A DNA stretch of 29,525 nucleotides from an uncultured Verrucomicrobiales bacterium (lineage in GTDB: Bacteria; Verrucomicrobiota; Verrucomicrobiia; Verrucomicrobiales; DEV007): NCBI GenBank assembly GCA_938091905.1, contig CALKOM010000082.1, positions 1-29,525 on the forward strand. The letters run 5' to 3'. Position numbers and translations under genes: made by a program. Every line of letters begins with the position of its first letter. Position 1 is the stretch's first letter. The notes under the pieces are model-generated. The model was not told where the DNA came from. It saw nothing but the letters and a program-made list of their open reading frames with translations, and ran no database searches. This document shows positions 8,514-18,354 of this stretch, one piece after another.

Positions 8514-10088
8514 ATGGATTCCCTTCCCTCTCTTCAGTTGCCTGGACTCGGCCACAGCTTGTGGATAGACGCAGGTTCTGCCCAGGCTTCGCCAGCCGTG
8601 AGTTTGCCTGGCAGCGGATTCTCTATCTGGCCCGCCTCATCAGCACAAGCCAATCCTATTGTCCTTGCAAAACCATCGGTCACATTGCCTGGGAGTGGTT
8701 GCAGCGTTTGGATAGACGACTCGTTTCCGCAGGCATCGGCACCGACGTCGCCTGCTGCCAGTAAGTCGTCCCCCGTGAAGGCCCCTTGCAATGCCGTGAA
8801 GCTACCAGCTGAAGGACATAGCTTGTGGAAAGCTGATCAACTGGTCTCATCACCCCTCAAGCTGGCAGAGACCTCAACTCTCAGTACGGCAAGTAAAGTC
8901 GCAGATTCTCCTAGTGGTATCTCGCTGCCAGGAAACGGATTCTCAAAATGGTGTCACCCAGGACGAGACACCGAGTCCGTTCGCCTACCCGGCAAATCCC
9001 ACACCCTCTGGACTCAGCCGTATCTGTCGGCGCCCAAAAAGACAAGCACTTCTAACACAACAGCTTCCCCTTTCTCAACTTCCCCCCATCAACCATCTCG
9101 TCTCGCTAACATTATGAAATCCTTCGGCCTCATTCAGCTCATCGGCCTCCTGCTAATCATCGCACTGCTCCTCGGCTTTTTAGGTAGCAGGAATGACGCG
9201 GCCGATCTCGGGGCCAAACTGACTGCCGCGAATACCGATCTCGCGACAACGAAGAAAGATCGGCAGGCGCTCCTGGACGAAGTGAACGAGCTGAAGACGA
9301 AAGCCGTGGCAAGTGCCGAGACTCAAGTCCAACTCACTGGACAAGTAGATGCCCTAACAAAAGCCAAGCATGGCATCGAGAACTCCCTCAAGACGCAGAT
9401 CGCAAATCTCGAGAAAGCCACCAAGGCTGCCGACGACGCCAAGATTGCAGTCGAAGAGAACCTCAAGCAAGTCTCCGCGGCAGGTGCTGCCAAGGAGAAA
9501 GAATTGACCGCAACAATCAATGCCGCGAAAAAGGATTTAGAAACACGCAAACAAGAAATTGCGAAACTTACGAACGACATTGGTGACCTCACTAAAGCGA
9601 AGTCAGAGGTAGAAAAAGAACTCAAGTCCAGCATCGACGCTCTTCAAAAAGCACGGGAAGAAGCTTCCAAGCTAAAGTCTCATCTCGATCAATCCGAGAA
9701 GTCTAAGTCAGATCTCCAAAAGAAGATCGATGAACTTCAAAAGGCTCTTGAGGAGAAAGAGGCTGAAGCGGAGAAGGCCAATGAGACCGAAGAAGCCGCA
9801 AAGGAAGAAGTCAGCGCCCTTGATCGTCAGAACACGCAGCTGAAATCTTCACTCACAAAAAGTCAGGTGGCGCTCACCGAGTTCAAAAAGGTCATTGATC
9901 AAGCTCAGCCTGTGCAGCAAGACAACACAGTCGCTTCTGCCGCCGCGCTTCGCGAGGAAGACCTCCTGCAGCAGCTCAAGCAAGAACGCCAAGACCGCCA
10001 AGAAATCACAGAGTTTCTGAAGCAACTCCAGCGCAAAGTCCGGCAAATCCAAGGAGAGCTGGTCGATGCGCAGTCTGCCAACCTCTAG
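8514..10088 (+). CDS. Single-pass membrane protein: N-terminal motif-repeat region, TM helix, long coiled coil
   Basis: Six LPGxGxSxW-type motifs in aa 1-170, hydrophobic LIQLIGLLLIIALLLGFLG, then about 300 aa rich in K/E/A/Q with heptad character. Alternative ATG at 9114. Confidence 0.85.
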   Translation: MDSLPSLQLPGLGHSLWIDAGSAQASPAVSLPGSGFSIWPASSAQANPIVLAKPSVTLPGSGCSVWIDDSFPQASAPTSPAASKSSPVKAPCNAVKLPAEGHSLWKADQLVSSPLKLAETSTLSTASKVADSPSGISLPGNGFSKWCHPGRDTESVRLPGKSHTLWTQPYLSAPKKTSTSNTTASPFSTSPHQPSRLANIMKSFGLIQLIGLLLIIALLLGFLGSRNDAADLGAKLTAANTDLATTKKDRQALLDEVNELKTKAVASAETQVQLTGQVDALTKAKHGIENSLKTQIANLEKATKAADDAKIAVEENLKQVSAAGAAKEKELTATINAAKKDLETRKQEIAKLTNDIGDLTKAKSEVEKELKSSIDALQKAREEASKLKSHLDQSEKSKSDLQKKIDELQKALEEKEAEAEKANETEEAAKEEVSALDRQNTQLKSSLTKSQVALTEFKKVIDQAQPVQQDNTVASAAALREEDLLQQLKQERQDRQEITEFLKQLQRKVRQIQGELVDAQSANL

Positions 10089-11275
10089 GGTTTCAGCGCC
10101 CGATAGACCGCGTCTCGCAATCGCCTTTGCGGAACATCCGTAGAAGGGTAGCGCCGCGTCATGAAGATGCCGTAGAGCTTGTGCTGAGGATCCACCCAGA
10201 AGTGGGTGGTGTGGTAGCCGCTCCAACCAAAGATCCCGTTAGGAGAGTTTGAGCCTTCCTTCGCAGAATCTTCCAGCACCCAGAAGCCTAGACCGTGGTG
10301 AAGACCCCGCGCTTTGCCGCCATAGTGAGGATTCTTTTTGAGATGATCGTCTAGCATCAGTGACAAGGTTTTCTTCTTGAGAATCGGCCGCCCCTGATCA
10401 ACTAGCATTTGGCAAAACTTCGCGTAGTCTGTCATGCTCGAAACGAGTCCCTCACCACCCAAACTAAGCGCGCTGCCTGGTCGATAGTAGAGTTCGTCTT
10501 CCGCCACCGTTCCGGGACGATACTGATTCCCCTCTTTCACGAACAACGGCTGAAAATGGGCGCGGTCTTCTTTAGTTAAAGAGAACCGGGTCTGTGTCAT
10601 ACCGAGTGGCGAGAAGATCTTTTTCCTTAAAAAGTCAGCGAAAGGCATCCCCGAAAGCACTTCCACAGCGCGACCAAGGACTGCGGTATTCATCCCGTAA
10701 GTGTAGCCTTCCCCTGGCTGATGCTTCAGTGGCTGACTGACTAGCAGCGTCATGACTTCGTCCAGATCATTCAACTCCATGATCTGCTTCCACGTCCCTT
10801 GTTGATCGAACGAACCATCATAGCCATCGATCCCCGCAGTGTGACAAAGTAGATCCCGGTAGGTGATCTCTCGACGTAAAGGTTCTGTGGCCCCGCCCTC
10901 TCTTTGAACTCGGAACCGCGAGAGTTTGGGAAGAACACCGTGCACCGAGTCATCCAGCGCAAAGGCACCTTGCTCATACAAGAGCATCGCGGCGACTGAC
11001 GTCACCGGCTTGGACATCGACCAAATCGGAAAAAGGGTCTCCTTTGCGATCGGCCGATCTCCCTCCACCGTCGACTCCTCCGAATGACGATAGCCTATCT
11101 CGCCACGGAACCCCACAATCACCTCATGGGACAAACAGATGCGTTCTTCGACCAACTCTCGTTGCATCATGGAGACTTCCCGCTTCAATCGCCTCTCGAA
11201 TTCATGGTCCAGATTCGGCCCTTCGCCAAACAGTGGTATTTGCACGACCAAGACAAAGATACATACTCGAATCAT
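10085..11275 (-). CDS. Serine hydrolase, beta-lactamase/class C-like family
   Basis: SMSK (SxxK), LLCHTAG, PGEGYTYG, IFSPLGM and FGWSG...FWVDP motifs; signal-like N-terminus. Confidence 0.93.
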   Translation of the reverse strand: MIRVCIFVLVVQIPLFGEGPNLDHEFERRLKREVSMMQRELVEERICLSHEVIVGFRGEIGYRHSEESTVEGDRPIAKETLFPIWSMSKPVTSVAAMLLYEQGAFALDDSVHGVLPKLSRFRVQREGGATEPLRREITYRDLLCHTAGIDGYDGSFDQQGTWKQIMELNDLDEVMTLLVSQPLKHQPGEGYTYGMNTAVLGRAVEVLSGMPFADFLRKKIFSPLGMTQTRFSLTKEDRAHFQPLFVKEGNQYRPGTVAEDELYYRPGSALSLGGEGLVSSMTDYAKFCQMLVDQGRPILKKKTLSLMLDDHLKKNPHYGGKARGLHHGLGFWVLEDSAKEGSNSPNGIFGWSGYHTTHFWVDPQHKLYGIFMTRRYPSTDVPQRRLRDAVYRALKP

Positions 11276-11499
11276 CACCTCATGTTGGGGCGAGCCCATT
11301 AGACAGAGCAACTAAAAGGTGTCATCATAAGGTTGGTCCCTGCCCACAAACACGGAATCTCTGTTCGGCTCTCTCACGAAATATGCTGCGGAAATACCAA
11401 AGCCAATTACAAGGCTGTTCACTTTATTAGCAAGACTAAGAAATCTGTGTCCTCGTAACGACACCCCCGTGTGCCACGAATCGTCTCTCGCCTCCCTTT

Positions 11500-12519
11500 A
11501 TGAAGAAGACCATTTTCAAAATAGTCATCCTCGGACTGCACCACGACCACGTTTGGTCTCACCTTCAAGATATTCGGAGATCACAAACGGCTGAACTGGT
11601 TGGGGTAGCAGACCCGAATCTTCCGCTGCTAAACCAAGCGAGAGAGCGCTTCAATTGCCCGACCTATGCAGACTGCGACGAGCTGTTAGAAATGACCGAA
11701 GCTGACATCGCGTATATCTTCACGGACAACCGGATTGGCGCCTTTCTCGCCGTCTCTGCAGCCAATCGTGGCCTCAACGTGATGATCGAAAAGCCGATGG
11801 GAGCAGACCTTGAAGGTGCCAAGGAAGCCGCCCGCTCAGCACGCTCCAACGGTGTTCAACTCATGATCAATTGGCCCATCGCCTGGGTTCCAGCCGTCCA
11901 GCAGGCAATCACCATGGCGACGGAAGGTGAAATCGGCCGTGTCTGGCAAGTAAAGTATCGTGCAGCCCATGCCGGGCCCCGAGAACTGGGTTGCAGTGAA
12001 TTCTTCTACAATTGGCTATTCAATGAGCGACTCAATGGCGGCGGCGCCCTCATAGACTACGCCTGTTATGGCTGTGCCCTGGCTCGGACTCTTCTGGGCA
12101 TGCCGCGTTCCGTCCACGCGATCTCCGGCAATTTGGTAAAGGAAACGTTGCCCGTAGAAGACAACGCAATCGTTCTGCTAGACTACCCAAGGGCATCTGC
12201 TCTCGCTGAGGCATCTTGGTCTCAACAAGGCAACCTTACATCTTACGCCGTGTCCATCTATGGCGAGGATGGTACACTCGTTGCCGACGAGAACTCTCTT
12301 CGCCTAGCTACTCAAAAAAAGCCCGAGGGACAGCAGGTCGAACTTCACCCGGTTGCCATAGAAATGCGCCATGCGACGAGCCACTTCACCTCAGCACTAA
12401 CAAACGACACACCACTTTTCCCACTCGTCTCCTCCGAGGTCGGTCTCGGTACTCAGGCCATTCTTAGTGCGGCAAAGCTGGCAGCAACGCAAGCGGGCAC
12501 CCCAGTTGAGAGCCTCTAG
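11500..12519 (+). CDS. Gfo/Idh/MocA family oxidoreductase
   Basis: VMIEKPM, GEIG, GGGALID and VEDNA motifs; 339 aa. Confidence 0.95.
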   Translation: MKKTIFKIVILGLHHDHVWSHLQDIRRSQTAELVGVADPNLPLLNQARERFNCPTYADCDELLEMTEADIAYIFTDNRIGAFLAVSAANRGLNVMIEKPMGADLEGAKEAARSARSNGVQLMINWPIAWVPAVQQAITMATEGEIGRVWQVKYRAAHAGPRELGCSEFFYNWLFNERLNGGGALIDYACYGCALARTLLGMPRSVHAISGNLVKETLPVEDNAIVLLDYPRASALAEASWSQQGNLTSYAVSIYGEDGTLVADENSLRLATQKKPEGQQVELHPVAIEMRHATSHFTSALTNDTPLFPLVSSEVGLGTQAILSAAKLAATQAGTPVESL

Positions 12520-12546
12520 GGATCTCCCCAAGCTAATCCGCAAGAT

Positions 12547-12590
12547 TCCAGCTATTGAAACGGATCCGTCCAGCTATTGAAACGGATCCG
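12547..12590. repeat. Perfect 22-bp tandem duplication spanning the hflC stop codon
   Basis: TCCAGCTATTGAAACGGATCCG at 12547-12568 and again at 12569-12590. Confidence 0.95.
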
Positions 12591-13581
12591 CCACCGGCTT
12601 CGACTCCGATGACACATCCATCCCTTTGAGGAACTTGAAGAGGTCACTGTCGGTCGAGAAGATCACAGTGGTGTCGCTACCTAACACTTTGGGATACGTT
12701 TCCATTGTCTTGATAAACTCATAGAAATCGGACGCCTGCGCGCTCTGATTGTAGGCACTTGCGTAGATCTCGGTCGCTTTGGCATCAGCTTCACCGCGGA
12801 TCGTTTGAATCGTCTTATAGGCTTCGGATTCAATCGTCTTCAGTTCAAGCTCCTTGTCCCCGAGAATCCGTGCAGCACCGGCAGCGCCCTCGGAGCGGAA
12901 GAGCTCCGCAATCTGCTCACGCTCACTGATCATGCGTTCATAGATCCTCTTACGGACCTTCACATTGTAGTTGATACGCTTGAAACGGATGTCTAACAAT
13001 TCGATCCCAAACCCCGCCAGCTTACCCTTCGCATTCTTCTGAATCTCCTGCTCGATAATGGTGCGTCCTTTCTCAATGGGCTCTAGCTCGTTGACGCGCT
13101 CGATGTCACTGCCCTCGGGCAATTCCTCGGCGACTTCGCCCGAAACCACCTCACGGTTCTTTGTCGCTCTGATCATTTCGATCAGGTTGTGTGTGGCCAC
13201 CGCATTCCTAGTTTCACTACCCAGGATATCGTCAAGACGAGACTGCGCACTCCGCTCGTCTCGCAGGCTTCGGAAAAACTGCAACGAATCACTGATCCTC
13301 CAGCGAGCAAAGGTGTCCACCATGATATAGAGCTTGTCTTTGGTAGGCATCTCATTGGGTTGACCATCCCATTCTAACACCCGCTTTTCAAAGCGATTGA
13401 CGTCTTGAATGAAAGGGACCTTGAACCGGAGACCCGCCTCCGTGATCGGCTCCCCTTTCGGCTTTCCAAATTCTGTAACGATCACCTGTTCGGTCTCGTG
13501 AACCGTGTAGAATGATCCTGACACCACCACCACAATGGCGATGGCGGCGATGGCGATAAGTGAAAGTGCTGCTTGCTTCAT
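12574..13581 (-). CDS. hflC: FtsH protease modulator HflC
   Basis: N-terminal TM, SPFH domain (GLRFKVPFIQ, VDTFARWRI), IYERMISEREQIA..FRSEG, IRGEADA; downstream of hflK. Confidence 0.96.
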   Translation of the reverse strand: MKQAALSLIAIAAIAIVVVVSGSFYTVHETEQVIVTEFGKPKGEPITEAGLRFKVPFIQDVNRFEKRVLEWDGQPNEMPTKDKLYIMVDTFARWRISDSLQFFRSLRDERSAQSRLDDILGSETRNAVATHNLIEMIRATKNREVVSGEVAEELPEGSDIERVNELEPIEKGRTIIEQEIQKNAKGKLAGFGIELLDIRFKRINYNVKVRKRIYERMISEREQIAELFRSEGAAGAARILGDKELELKTIESEAYKTIQTIRGEADAKATEIYASAYNQSAQASDFYEFIKTMETYPKVLGSDTTVIFSTDSDLFKFLKGMDVSSESKPVADPFQ

Positions 13582-13614
13582 AATTGTATCCTGGTTCGAT
13601 CTCGATCGTCGAAG

Positions 13615-14595
13615 TTACTTCTTTCCTCCTGACAGCTGCAGCAGCGGTAACACTTGTTGAGCATCCTCATCCATGATGATCTTGTCTCCTAACGCTGGCA
13701 CCACTTCACCGAGAGTCTCCAGGTAGAGGCGTCGCTTCGTGACCTCCGGAGCCTTGCTATATTCTTTAAACACCGCAGTGAAACGGCTCGCATCACCTTC
13801 CGCTTCGTTTACGCGCTGTTGAGCATAACCCTTTGCTTGACTGATATCCTGATCCGCAAGTCCGCGAGCCTTCGGCACGATGGTGTTGTATTCCTTCTTA
13901 GCCACATTGATAAGCTGCTCGCGCTGCTGCTTGGCTTCGTTCACCGCATTGAAAGAAGACTGCACTTCTTCCGGAGGATTCACATTCTTTAGCTGGATCT
14001 GATTGATGCGCAGACCAAGCTCATACTTCGTCACGAGCGACTGCATCTTCACCGTGGCTTCATCTTCAATCGCCTTACGCCCAACGGTAAGCACCTCGTC
14101 CACGGTGCGATCACCAACCACCTCGCGCATCACAGATTCAGACACGTCTCTCAGCGTCTCTTCCGGCTTGCGAGCACGAAAGAGATAATCCGCCGGGCTA
14201 TTGATGCGGTACTGAATGATCCACTCCACAGTCGCTTCGTTGCTGTCCCCCGTGATCATGCTCTTCTCCTCATTCTGCAGAAACTGAATGTCGCGTCTAG
14301 AATACGCCCTCTGCCCGACAGAACCAACCGACTGGGTCGGATTCGTCGACCCACGAGTTCCAAAGCCGAACTCCTGTTTCAGCTGACGGAGCACCGGAAC
14401 AATCTTCACCTTATCGATTCCAAACGGCAATTTAAAATGGAGTCCTGGCTGTAAAGCATCTGATTTCATCTTACCAAATCGGGTGATCACACCCACCGAT
14501 TCCGTCGGCACAGTGTAGAACGCAGTCGAAAGGCTCGCAATCACGGCAAAACCGAGGATGGCTAGAACAATAATCTTGGGGGGCACATTCTGCAT
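13615..14595 (-). CDS. hflK: FtsH protease modulator HflK
   Basis: SPFH domain (PGLHFKLPFGID, MITGD, ESVMREVVG), PPEEVQSSF and APEVTKRRLYLET. Confidence 0.96.
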   Translation of the reverse strand: MQNVPPKIIVLAILGFAVIASLSTAFYTVPTESVGVITRFGKMKSDALQPGLHFKLPFGIDKVKIVPVLRQLKQEFGFGTRGSTNPTQSVGSVGQRAYSRRDIQFLQNEEKSMITGDSNEATVEWIIQYRINSPADYLFRARKPEETLRDVSESVMREVVGDRTVDEVLTVGRKAIEDEATVKMQSLVTKYELGLRINQIQLKNVNPPEEVQSSFNAVNEAKQQREQLINVAKKEYNTIVPKARGLADQDISQAKGYAQQRVNEAEGDASRFTAVFKEYSKAPEVTKRRLYLETLGEVVPALGDKIIMDEDAQQVLPLLQLSGGKK

Positions 14596-14742
14596 CGGAC
14601 GACCCTAGAAGGCGGTTGCCAAGAGTGCGAATACAATTCTTCACCTAGATTCCTCTCGCCGACCTCTGATAGAGATGAAGGTTGCCATGGGGCAGAGGCC
14701 TTGCTACCAAACCCTAGACAAGCCTAGCCTGCACCATTCTTC

Positions 14743-16290
14743 ATGAATCTTCGAATCTTCCTCTGCTTTACGTTTCTCCTCCTCGTCCTCTCCCAAGGCG
14801 ATCTCACCTTCGGCCAGGAGCTCGCGCCCGACGCAGAGCCGGCAGCCGAGAAGCCGATTGACGCACAGATCAATGATCTCATGGCCGGCCCCACAAAGGC
14901 CATCACAACCGTAATCTTCTTCGCTGTCCCCGTTGCAGGGGTCCAGATTCCCCTGGTTCTCGTCTGGCTCGCCTTTGCTGCTATCTTCTTCACGTTCTAC
15001 TTCAAGTTCGTCAATCTTAGCTCGTTTGGCCTCGCCGTTCGTACGATCAAGGGACGCTACTCGAAACCTGACGATCCCGGAGAGATCACCCACTTTCAAG
15101 CGCTGACGGCTGCCCTCTCTGGCACGGTCGGCCTCGGCAACATCGCCGGTGTCGCTATCGCCATTCAGTTAGGGGGGCCCGGAGCCACATTCTGGATGAT
15201 CCTGATGGGCTTGTTCGGAATGACCTCTAAGTTTGTGGAGTGCACGTTGGGTGTTAAATATCGTGATGTCGACGCCACGGGCAAAGTCCACGGCGGTCCG
15301 ATGCGCTACCTATCGAAAGGCCTCAAAGAACGCGGCCAGGGTCAATTGGGTTTGATCCTCGCGATGTTCTTCGCCGTGATGTGCATTGGTGGATCTTTCG
15401 GCGGTGGCAATATTTTCCAAATCAATAGCGCCACAACACAGTTCATCGCGGCGTTTGGTGGCGGTGAAGGATCCTTCTTGGACCAGCAGCGATGGGTATT
15501 CGGCCTCCTAATCGCTATCGTCGTTGGAGCTGTCATCATTGGTGGCATTAAAAGCATCGGCAAAGTAACGGCAACGTTAGTGCCCTTTATGTGCGGGATC
15601 TACATCCTCGCGATTCTCGTCGTCCTCGTGATGAATCTTGGCAAGCTTCCAGGCGCCTTTGGCAGTATCATTTCTGGAGCTTTCAATCCAGGTTCTATTG
15701 GCGGAGGACTTATCGGCTGCATGCTGCTGGGCATCAAACGCGCCGCATTCTCCAATGAAGCAGGCGTAGGCTCCGCAGCTATTGCTCACTCTGCAGTGAA
15801 GACGACGAAACCAGCCAGTGAAGGTTTCGTCGCTTTGCTAGAACCCTTCGTCGATACAGTCGTGGTCTGCACAATGACGGCACTTGCCATCATCGTCACC
15901 GGGGTCTACTCCGATCCCAATCTCGAAGGGGTCGCGATGACATCAGCTGCATTCGAAACAGCCATGCCCTGGTTCAAGATGATTCTATCACTTGCCGTCA
16001 TCCTCTTCGCGTTCTCGACCATGATCTCGTGGTCCTATTATGGGATGCAGGCCTGGGCTTTTCTCTTTGGCGATTCCAAGTTCATGGACCTCGCCTACAA
16101 GTTCATCTTCTGCTTCTTTATCATTGTCGGCTCCTCCATGAGCCTTGGGAACGTCGTCGATTTTTCAGACGCCATGATCTTCGCTATGGCGATACCGAAT
16201 ATCATCGGCCTTTACATCCTCCTGCCCCTCGTTCGTGGCGAACTCGATACCTTTCGAGCCCACGTAGCCGAGGTCGATTCCAAGTCCTAG
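14743..16290 (+). CDS. Alanine/glycine:cation symporter (AGCS family)
   Basis: FQAL.AALSGTVGLGNIAGVA, GGPGATFWM, GGPMRYL, FSNEAGVGS and EPFVDT signature motifs. Confidence 0.97.
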   Translation: MNLRIFLCFTFLLLVLSQGDLTFGQELAPDAEPAAEKPIDAQINDLMAGPTKAITTVIFFAVPVAGVQIPLVLVWLAFAAIFFTFYFKFVNLSSFGLAVRTIKGRYSKPDDPGEITHFQALTAALSGTVGLGNIAGVAIAIQLGGPGATFWMILMGLFGMTSKFVECTLGVKYRDVDATGKVHGGPMRYLSKGLKERGQGQLGLILAMFFAVMCIGGSFGGGNIFQINSATTQFIAAFGGGEGSFLDQQRWVFGLLIAIVVGAVIIGGIKSIGKVTATLVPFMCGIYILAILVVLVMNLGKLPGAFGSIISGAFNPGSIGGGLIGCMLLGIKRAAFSNEAGVGSAAIAHSAVKTTKPASEGFVALLEPFVDTVVVCTMTALAIIVTGVYSDPNLEGVAMTSAAFETAMPWFKMILSLAVILFAFSTMISWSYYGMQAWAFLFGDSKFMDLAYKFIFCFFIIVGSSMSLGNVVDFSDAMIFAMAIPNIIGLYILLPLVRGELDTFRAHVAEVDSKS

Positions 16291-18339
16291 ATGGCGCGCA
16301 GTTACACGCTCAAGAGCTCTCCCAAACCAGATGGTGCCGCTGGTGGACTCGACTATGCCTCTCTGCTCAACGAACAGCAGCTAGAAGCTGTCACCTCGAA
16401 GCCTGGCGCTGCCCTCGTCATCGCCGGAGCCGGCAGCGGAAAAACACGCACCCTGACCTACCGCGTCGCCTACCTTCTGGAAAAGGGCTACAAACCCTAT
16501 AACATTCTCCTTCTCACCTTCACAAATAAGGCTGCAGGAGAAATGCTCACCCGCGTGGGGCAACTCGTGCCGCAAGACATGCACGGCATCTGGGGCGGTA
16601 CCTTCCACGCCATTGGCAATCGCATTCTTCGCAAGTACGGCGAATTGCTCGGATACACCTCCGGTTTCTCCATCATGGATCGCGAGGACCAGACCAGCCT
16701 GATCACCCAGGTGCGTAAGGAGTCCGGTCTTGGCAAAGATGGCAAGAAACAAGACAAACGCTTCCCTCGCTCCACCGTTCTTGCAGACATCTACAGCATC
16801 ACTCAGAATCTAGATCGCGAGATCGATGACATTCTTCACGAGCGCTACCTCCAGCTTGAGGAGTACTTCAATGCCATCAAGACGATCGGGCGTGGCTACA
16901 CCAAGAAGAAACTCGATAGCAATGCCGTCGACTTCGATGACCTCCTCTGCCAGCCACTGAAGCTTTTAGAGGCCCATCAGGAAGTACGCGAACACTACCA
17001 AGAGAAGTTTCATGCCGTCCTGGTGGATGAGTATCAGGATACCAATCCGATCCAGTCACGCATGATCGACCTCTTCGCCGGAAAGCATCGCCACCTCATG
17101 GTCGTGGGAGACGATGCCCAATCGATCTACTCCTGGCGTGGCGCAGATTTCCGCAATATCATGGGCTTCGATAAGCGTTATCCAGGAGCCAAGGTCTACA
17201 AGATCGAGACGAATTACCGAAGTGTTCCTGAAGTTCTGACATTGGCCAATGAATCGATCAGCGCAAACATCCATCAATTCGAAAAGACATTAGTCCCAGC
17301 CCGCGAGTCGAAGGACTTCCTCCCTGCGATCATCCAAGTCCAAGATCCCAATCAACAAGCTTGTTTCATCGGGCAGCGCATTGAAGAAATCGTCAACGAA
17401 CTAGGTCTCGCTTACAGTGATGTCGCCATCCTCTATCGCGCTCATTTCCACTCGATGGAAGTGCAAATGGATCTCACGCAGCGCGGGACGCCCTTCATGC
17501 TCACAAGTGGCCCCCGCTTCTTTGAGCAAGCGCATGTCAAAGACGTCAGTTCCTTCATGCGCTTCATCTCAAATCGCCGAGATGAAGTGGCCTTCAAACG
17601 CATGCTCAAGTTGGTCGAAGGCATCGGCGATGTGACGGCTGACAAACTCTGGCGCAGTTGGCTAGGCTGCGAGTCCTCTTCGAATGAGCATCCGTTGCCG
17701 CAGAGTTTCTCCAAGCTCTTCTTGGGCTTCAACGTTCCAGCACGCTCCGAAGTCGCCTGGAAACAGCTCGCCTACACGCTGGACGAATTGATCGATCCAG
17801 AAGACCTCGAACCTGTCGCTCCGGTTCACATGATCACCTCGATCGTCGAAGGCGTGTATGATGACTTCGCCAAGGTCGCGTTCCCCAACTACGAGCAGCG
17901 CATGCAGGACATCGAGCAGGTCAAGCGCTACAGCGAACAGTACGAGACCCTTGAGGAGTTTCTGACCAAACTTTCTCTCGAAACCAATGCCGAGCGCCAA
18001 GAAGACAAGGATGACAAAGACAAGGTCGTGCTTTCCAGCGTGCATCAGGCAAAAGGGCTAGAGTGGCCGGTGGTCTTCGTCATCTGGCTAACTCAGGGCA
18101 TGTTCCCCAATCGCAAAGCCCTCGAAGCGGATGACCAAAGTGAAGACGCCATGGAAGAAGAGCGCCGACTCTTCTATGTTGCCGTGACCCGCGCCTGCGA
18201 TCAACTCTACCTTCTCCATCCAATGTTCCGTCCTGGCGGTCGTGGATATTCCGACGATTACTACCAGTCACCATCAGATTTCATCACCGAACTGCCCAGC
18301 GAACTCATGGAAGAGTGGGACATCGGCACAGTTTGGTAA
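16291..18339 (+). CDS. UvrD/PcrA-family SF1 DNA helicase
   Basis: AGAGSGKT, TFTNKAA, VDEYQDTN, VGDDAQSIYSWRGA, NYRS, HQAKGLEW and EERRLFYVAVTRA. Confidence 0.97.
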   Translation: MARSYTLKSSPKPDGAAGGLDYASLLNEQQLEAVTSKPGAALVIAGAGSGKTRTLTYRVAYLLEKGYKPYNILLLTFTNKAAGEMLTRVGQLVPQDMHGIWGGTFHAIGNRILRKYGELLGYTSGFSIMDREDQTSLITQVRKESGLGKDGKKQDKRFPRSTVLADIYSITQNLDREIDDILHERYLQLEEYFNAIKTIGRGYTKKKLDSNAVDFDDLLCQPLKLLEAHQEVREHYQEKFHAVLVDEYQDTNPIQSRMIDLFAGKHRHLMVVGDDAQSIYSWRGADFRNIMGFDKRYPGAKVYKIETNYRSVPEVLTLANESISANIHQFEKTLVPARESKDFLPAIIQVQDPNQQACFIGQRIEEIVNELGLAYSDVAILYRAHFHSMEVQMDLTQRGTPFMLTSGPRFFEQAHVKDVSSFMRFISNRRDEVAFKRMLKLVEGIGDVTADKLWRSWLGCESSSNEHPLPQSFSKLFLGFNVPARSEVAWKQLAYTLDELIDPEDLEPVAPVHMITSIVEGVYDDFAKVAFPNYEQRMQDIEQVKRYSEQYETLEEFLTKLSLETNAERQEDKDDKDKVVLSSVHQAKGLEWPVVFVIWLTQGMFPNRKALEADDQSEDAMEEERRLFYVAVTRACDQLYLLHPMFRPGGRGYSDDYYQSPSDFITELPSELMEEWDIGTVW

Positions 18340-18354
18340 TCGTATTTCATCAAC

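Noticed and set aside
10085..11275. Antibiotic-resistance beta-lactamase
   Set aside because: SxxK fold member of the broad esterase/peptidase group; it lacks the KTG triad of true class C enzymes.
12547..12590. CRISPR array
   Set aside because: Two abutting copies with no spacer, and no cas genes.
14596..14742. Glycine riboswitch upstream of the AGCS symporter
   Set aside because: The conserved GGAGA...CCGAAG...CTCTCAGG elements are not found.
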